Shown one piece after another: positions 60,601 through 64,000 of a stretch of DNA of 64,000 nucleotides. The notes below the pieces were generated by a model. It did no database searches, was not told where the DNA came from, and worked only from the letters and a program-made list of their open reading frames with translations. Position 1 is the first letter of the stretch. The number at the start of each line of letters is the position of its first letter. A program made the translations under genes and the position numbers. Origin of the DNA: Verrucomicrobiota bacterium (GTDB lineage: Bacteria; Verrucomicrobiota; Verrucomicrobiia; Limisphaerales; AAA164-E04); NCBI GenBank assembly GCA_047947115.1, contig CP170459.1:1856001-1920000 (forward strand), in the 5' to 3' direction.

Positions 60601-62787
60601 CTGGGAGTTTGTATCGTCGATCAGCAAGGCCGATTGGTGCCTGTCGGGCATCCGGGCGAAATTTTAATTCGCGGCGACGGATTGGCGGAAGGATACCTCG
60701 GCCAACCGGAATTGACGGTTCAACGATTTGAGACTCGGCCCCAAATACCTTGGATACATGGGAGACTGTATTCAACGGGAGATCTGGGGCAATGGACGGA
60801 AGAAGGCGATTTGCTCTACTTAGGTCGGATCGATGATCAACTGAAAATTCGGGGTCATCGGGTCGAGCCTGGGGAAATCGAACAAATTCTTTCTTCCCAT
60901 GAGAGTGTCACTGAAGGCTGTGTCATTGGGCATCAAATGGGCACCGGCTCCCAGGGGCTTGTAGCATTTTACGCAGGAACAACGACTCAAGCTGATTTGC
61001 GGGCTTACCTCAGAGAACGTTTGCCCGGACACATGGTTCCAACACAAATCGTGCGCGTCGACAAGTTGCCTGTCACTCCAAATGGCAAGATCGATAAATC
61101 CGCATTAAGTATTCCCGAAGCTGAGTTCGCGGAAGCTCCCCGGACTCCCACCCAGAAAGAGCTTCTTTGGATTCGCATTTGGAAAAACGTGTTGGGTGTA
61201 GCCGAGGTTCGTTTGGACGATTCATTCTTCGAGCTTGGAGGGGACTCCATAAAGGCAATTTTAGCCGTCAATCAAATGCTCCGTCAGGGATATCAGGTGG
61301 AAGTGCGCGATCTTGTGTTGCACCCAACTATACATGAATTGGCTCCTATGCTTCGGACAAATGTAAAGAGAGACCATGCTGCCAACCATGCTCGAAGCGT
61401 ATCGAGTGAAGTCGTGCCTCTGACGCCGATCCAGCACTGGTTTTTCAGGGCATTCGGAGACGAACGGGATCATTTTAATCACTCGGAAATGCTCCATTCT
61501 GTCGAGCCATTCGATAAGATTTTACTTGAGCAGGCTATCCAGTCACTGTGGAAGGAACACGATCAGCTGCGCGCTCGATTTCGAATGAAGGCAGAGACTA
61601 ACAAGGATCGGACAGTCTGGGAGCAATATATCCCTGAGGCCAGAGAAGAAAATATTTTACGTGAATTTGACTTAACGAAAGAGGACCAGCCTGATTCCCG
61701 TTTGCTACAATTCGCCAATCAACTGCAATCAAGTTTCCGCCTATCTGAGGGACCTTTGATGGCCGTGGGATTGTTTCGGTGTAAGGACGGGGATCGATTG
61801 CTTTTCGTGATTCATCATTTGGTCGTCGATGGGGTATCCTGGAGGTTGTTGCTGGAGGATTTTCAAGAAGCTTATCAATCCTTGAAAGCTGGTTTCGGTT
61901 GGGAACCGAAAGCGAGGAGCGCGTCCTATTCGGAATGGGCGCATGCTTTGGTTAAACTCTCTTCCCGAGAGAATCTTGCGAGGCAGCGTAGCTATTGGAA
62001 GAAGGTATTAAGTTTTCGCGGACCGGATCTCCCTTTGCGTGGGGTTTCCCTTGGAAGACTTCGATCCGAACAAACCTTTCGTTCCATTGAACTAAGTGCG
62101 GAGGAAACCAAGCATTTGTTGAATCATGCCGACTCGGGGAGTCAAGTGGTGGATTTCATTCTCGTGGGGCTGGGCTTGGCACTACACAGCTGGTCCGGCA
62201 TGAAACAATGCCTCATTGCCTATGAAACCCATGGGCGGCATTGGATAGAAGGGATGCCCCGGATAGATGTTTCCCGCACTGTAGGTTGGTTTACAAATGT
62301 GTTTCCGATGATACTTGATATCCGGCCCGAACAATCGTTGCAGAGCAATGTCAGACGCATCGCTGAGGCTAGGGAGTCTGTTCCCGGACATGGAATGGGA
62401 TTTGGCATCCTGGCCTATTTGGCAGGCGATGCGAATACTGCCGATGCGGGGCAACAGCCAAGAATTAGCTTCAATTACCTTGGGCAATATGAAAAACCAG
62501 CTGAAGCGACTTTTGAGGTTGGATTGGATGCGGACGGTGAATCCGTCAGTTCCAAAGCTCGACTGAATTATGATTTGGAGTGGAATGCGATCTTGCTGGA
62601 TGGCCGATTGAAAATCGTGGTGGCGTATGCTGAGGGGGCTTTGAGCGAGCCTGATGTAGAGTTATTGCTCAGATGTTTGTGGGAATCCATGGTGAGTGGA
62701 GCGGAAGTTGATGAAATCGAAGGTTCAAGTTCGGCGCTCGAACATATAGGGTCAAATTATGAGGAAAACACGACAACCAGGAGGTAA
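54685..62787 (+). CDS. NRPS with embedded FkbH: C-FkbH-carrier-C-A(Tyr/Phe-like)-PCP-E
   Basis: HHIILDG; FkbH motifs DCDYTLW.G, SKN, INW..KS, FIDD, RTNQFN, DRFGDYG, LSCRILGRGVE; GGHSL; HHIVSDG; A code DASTIAAVCK; GGDSI; E domain; no TE or R domain. Confidence 0.96.
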   Translation: MKIKKEHIQNICKLTPLQEGMLFHALLDPDSTAYIELTRYHLSGNLDLDAFRSSWEQLVARHEALRTVFLHKNTPEPVQVILKHRPIEFSYEDLSVLDPEIQDEALNSRMIQEGSHRFDLSQGPLMRLFVCGLSSESHEVFWTYHHIILDGWSLGVLQKEFWEIYHALANGGGAHLRKPAPFSNYVKWLRSQSVESAETYWKHRFAHPLPPPSFQRFVKRYPKKPFSRDSFEVFFSKEISEGVRSFARRNRISLNAALHAGWSITLNAVLGIEDVVFGETVSGRHPEIAGVNGMVGLLINAVPVRVTLRRQESLRDLALRVHGDAVEAEPYQFAALPLIQSTVGANGSLFDHILVFENYPEAEETEHADSRRRLVINRFEHVDHTNYGLTVQFMPAEQLGIRFIFDNNTYEPSLLHRVAETFQKAINGFCHHGDLTVEKWLLERGGASLVVENEFSVVLTATFTADFFTTGLAAFGRLFGLPIRVKIAPYHQVCQELLNPGSLTASNQGINILLVRWEDFLPETDAKEAVTSTLERAFEDVCHAVLARRGAGRYACVLLPVDPGSSECVQRIQRQWREFLIRETNLEVIDGTRLEQNYAIDGVFDSQSYRVGRIPFSDQWFAAASALLFRSLMASKKSEFKVIAVDCDYTLWDGVCGELGPTEVRIGPSHKALQNYLVEKAAEGFLIVLVSKNRESDVWGVFEKHPDMQLKLSDLVTTRINWNAKSDNLCSISKELNVGLDSFVFIDDSLVECLEVLNHVPEVLVVRAPDADIADPDLYFSHVWAFDRFRITEEDRQRGEMMRAEQARKQACSEMLVSTDDNRSGTQLDRFIRSLEVEADLRPIAEHQWARAAQLTLRTNQFNLTAHRMSEHELRAWAENEQSFAWIVRVRDRFGDYGVTGLICGRVEGSDLILDQFLLSCRILGRGVEEAILKGLSQHLDKRIIGALRVCFLRTERNQPALDFLERSAWSLVRDMGQTAEYRIELKSISQLKISSKIIVHQHPEPEQTVELDVPMKSPGMAVDEKPNTQRIQDWSNWINLPESKDPRNRAYSEMLRLTHASSLLALINQISNTDNPSVSVGGKLPRSGNRKSRPSFAPATTGTEKILLSVWEDLLGLNQIGIDEDFFDIGGHSLKATRMVSRIHKVFQKEISLSSVFEERTIRQLARKIDGGRNDWEKIPKLASGVEFVLSHSQHRMWALHQLEQNSIAYNSTGFYWIKGDVDVERLRNALVSVIQEHCVLRAVFQDTEQGLRMIVRDYDDSQVVIITESERGRPLSTQDLELYANDITRKSFRLDCGPLFLVRVLVMDSGRILLALHMHHIVSDGGSLDLFQREVMTRYSTSLTTDESSGFERTKKGISYPDYAVWHNQWVVSESGLRSRDYWIRQLTKLPPPLPLPTDRTRPPVQSFRGAAVKIRLAAPEWERLVELSLNEGGTRFSAFVAIVKILLHLHSRQEDILIGTVVSGRDHPDLESVVGLIANTIALRDMLDEASTVNDVFSQVAKTCREAFSHQGYPFDLVLESLNLERDLSRSALFDVMVNYHGDVPNSEENPIVFEEWEIDSPLSRFDLTFNALESESGLIVKLIYNVDIFDRERMDRIGQRLCALASNASQDPSVKLMELNMLPKQEIAWLHSRFYPERVDYPTHLNLTEILDEVATAHGSTLALASNALRLTYSELVTATVHIADALGETLGDCRRQIVAVSMTSRPLSVVAMLSVMRAGGCYLPVDPSYPKERIDYLLNDSGACVLITDTERHEIGDLAGELKVMTVDLSFLAEITAGGASTPLSRRSYAEGSDPAYVIYTSGSTGRPKGVSVTHQAFVNMITQQIKTFDVRPNDRVVMFASLSFDASLSEIFMALLSGATLYCPSRECILDGRRLVEYIQDEQITIATLPPLYLRALGQPDLGTLKTLITAGESAVPKDAAHYSKDGRLQYINAYGPTECSVCTSMFLVPRGWRGEKVPIGKPLDNLGVCIVDQQGRLVPVGHPGEILIRGDGLAEGYLGQPELTVQRFETRPQIPWIHGRLYSTGDLGQWTEEGDLLYLGRIDDQLKIRGHRVEPGEIEQILSSHESVTEGCVIGHQMGTGSQGLVAFYAGTTTQADLRAYLRERLPGHMVPTQIVRVDKLPVTPNGKIDKSALSIPEAEFAEAPRTPTQKELLWIRIWKNVLGVAEVRLDDSFFELGGDSIKAILAVNQMLRQGYQVEVRDLVLHPTIHELAPMLRTNVKRDHAANHARSVSSEVVPLTPIQHWFFRAFGDERDHFNHSEMLHSVEPFDKILLEQAIQSLWKEHDQLRARFRMKAETNKDRTVWEQYIPEAREENILREFDLTKEDQPDSRLLQFANQLQSSFRLSEGPLMAVGLFRCKDGDRLLFVIHHLVVDGVSWRLLLEDFQEAYQSLKAGFGWEPKARSASYSEWAHALVKLSSRENLARQRSYWKKVLSFRGPDLPLRGVSLGRLRSEQTFRSIELSAEETKHLLNHADSGSQVVDFILVGLGLALHSWSGMKQCLIAYETHGRHWIEGMPRIDVSRTVGWFTNVFPMILDIRPEQSLQSNVRRIAEARESVPGHGMGFGILAYLAGDANTADAGQQPRISFNYLGQYEKPAEATFEVGLDADGESVSSKARLNYDLEWNAILLDGRLKIVVAYAEGALSEPDVELLLRCLWESMVSGAEVDEIEGSSSALEHIGSNYEENTTTRR

Positions 62788-62927
62788 CTTAATAGCATTG
62801 ATAAATAATGAAATTCTAATTATTATTTCGCAATCTATTAAGAAGTTCGGTGGTCTGAGGTCGCTAGAGAATTTTTTGTAGGCGTGTTAAGACAGCTAGA
62901 AACTCAATATTAAAAAAGGAAAATATA

Positions 62928-64000
62928 GTGAAAACATTAATCACCATCTTGTTATTAATGGCGGCTTCATGTGTGATGACCTCCATGGTCGAGGCTCAGG
63001 ATTTGAGTGTCCAAAGGGCAATTCAGGTCGAATTCCCAACGGAAGCCGGTAAGAAGTATCAACTGCAATTTGGGGGAACGGTCAATGGACCTTGGTTTGA
63101 TTGGGGGGGGGCATTTGAAGGGACGGGCGGAGTGGCGCAGCGCGTTTCGGTGACCGTTGGGCAAGAAGCGGGCTTTTTTCGGCTTCAAGTGTCAGGCGAG
63201 GTCGTTCTTACACAATTTAAAAAGGATGCTATCAACGCCCGACTGGCTCAGGCAATTGACGATTTCGGTATCCCTGGCATTGCTGCAGGGATCTGGGTTG
63301 GGGAAGAGGAACCGTGGTTGACCGCGCGAGGGCTTGCTAATCTGGAAACAAAGGAACCACTTACCCCGGATCATCGCTTTCGAATCGGAAGCGCTTCCAA
63401 GACATTTGTTGCGATGGCGGCGATGCAACTGATCCACGAAGGCAAGGTAAGGTTCGACGATGTGATTACTCGCTATCTGAATCAGGAGGAGATGGATGCG
63501 CTAAGCGCCTACAATCTGGACGCGATCACGGTTCGCATGCTGTTGCGGCACACAAGTGGTTTTGCCAACTACACTTCGGATGTGCCAACTTGGTTTTTGC
63601 CCTATATTACTGATCGCACCCGGGTATGGAATAATTTGGAATTACTCAAGATAGCGAATGCGCCTGCAGGGCCCGATGGCACGCCGGAAACGGTTCCATT
63701 ATTTACACCGGGCATCGCATGGAGTTATTCAAATACCAACTACGTGTTGCTTGCCATTGTTGTCGAGCGCGTCACGGGTGAGTTCATTGGCACTCAGTTG
63801 GCCAAGCGCTTTTTTGAACCGCTCGGATTGATGCAAACTCGTTACCCGATTCCCGGTGAGTCGGAGATCCAAGGTGACAAAGTTTCCCGTGGTTATATGA
63901 ATTGGCGCAATATGCTCAATGGCGAGACTTCCGTACCTGCCGGGCTTATTGATGTGACTCAGTACGATCCATCCGGAGTTGGACCGGCTGGCCCATTGAC
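62928..64000 (+). CDS. Exported serine hydrolase, beta-lactamase class C / D-peptidase fold (runs off the window; not in the ORF track)
   Basis: GTG start after AAAGGA; my translation gives signal peptide MKTLITILLLMAAS...VEA, then FRIGSASKTF (SxxK), LLRHTSG and WSYSNTNY (YxN). Confidence 0.88.
   Translation, partial: MKTLITILLLMAASCVMTSMVEAQDLSVQRAIQVEFPTEAGKKYQLQFGGTVNGPWFDWGGAFEGTGGVAQRVSVTVGQEAGFFRLQVSGEVVLTQFKKDAINARLAQAIDDFGIPGIAAGIWVGEEEPWLTARGLANLETKEPLTPDHRFRIGSASKTFVAMAAMQLIHEGKVRFDDVITRYLNQEEMDALSAYNLDAITVRMLLRHTSGFANYTSDVPTWFLPYITDRTRVWNNLELLKIANAPAGPDGTPETVPLFTPGIAWSYSNTNYVLLAIVVERVTGEFIGTQLAKRFFEPLGLMQTRYPIPGESEIQGDKVSRGYMNWRNMLNGETSVPAGLIDVTQYDPSGVGPAGPL

Noticed and set aside
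37382..62787. Numerous antisense and alternate-frame ORFs inside the megasynthase genes
   Set aside because: Expected shadows of long coding sequences; no motifs or independent start signals.
62967..63437. Two minus-strand ORFs in the supplied track
   Set aside because: They are antisense to the motif-bearing serine hydrolase frame starting at 62928.
1..64000. CRISPR array, rRNA or complete tRNA genes
   Set aside because: No regularly spaced repeat-spacer pattern, rRNA-like sequence or full cloverleaf seen; only tRNA 3' fragments.

Overview
Bacterial DNA, most likely Verrucomicrobiota. This rests on the Verrucomicrobia-type 'G..YQLQ...W...FFRL' module in the last gene and on PVC-type hypothetical proteins. 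The first ~9.8 kb is a patchwork of housekeeping or hypothetical genes (POT transporter, tRNA 2-selenouridine synthase, pterin dehydratase) and decayed fragments. From ~9.8 to 33.8 kb is a rearranged accessory region. It holds a type III PKS/methyltransferase/flavoenzyme cluster and an ABC-permease-lipocalin operon, linked by a ~2.5-2.8 kb duplication whose two copies decayed reciprocally. It also holds a damaged IS21, an intact IS1380 with TSD, a PIN toxin-antitoxin pair, a GIY-YIG gene, two tRNA 3'-end (att-like) remnants and small dispersed repeats. From 33.8 kb to the end is a ~29 kb hybrid PKS-NRPS cluster: TEII, stand-alone ACP, KS-AT-ACP-aminotransferase-C-A-T-E, C-A-T-C-A-T-E and C-FkbH-T-C-A-T-E. 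It is followed by an exported SxxK serine hydrolase that runs off the window and is absent from the ORF track. The best candidate for an undescribed system is this assembly line. It predicts a beta-amino-acyl, D-residue-rich depsipeptide with an internal glycerate ester, and it has no loading module or terminal thioesterase inside the window. Domain calls and A-domain codes were read by eye and need HMM confirmation.
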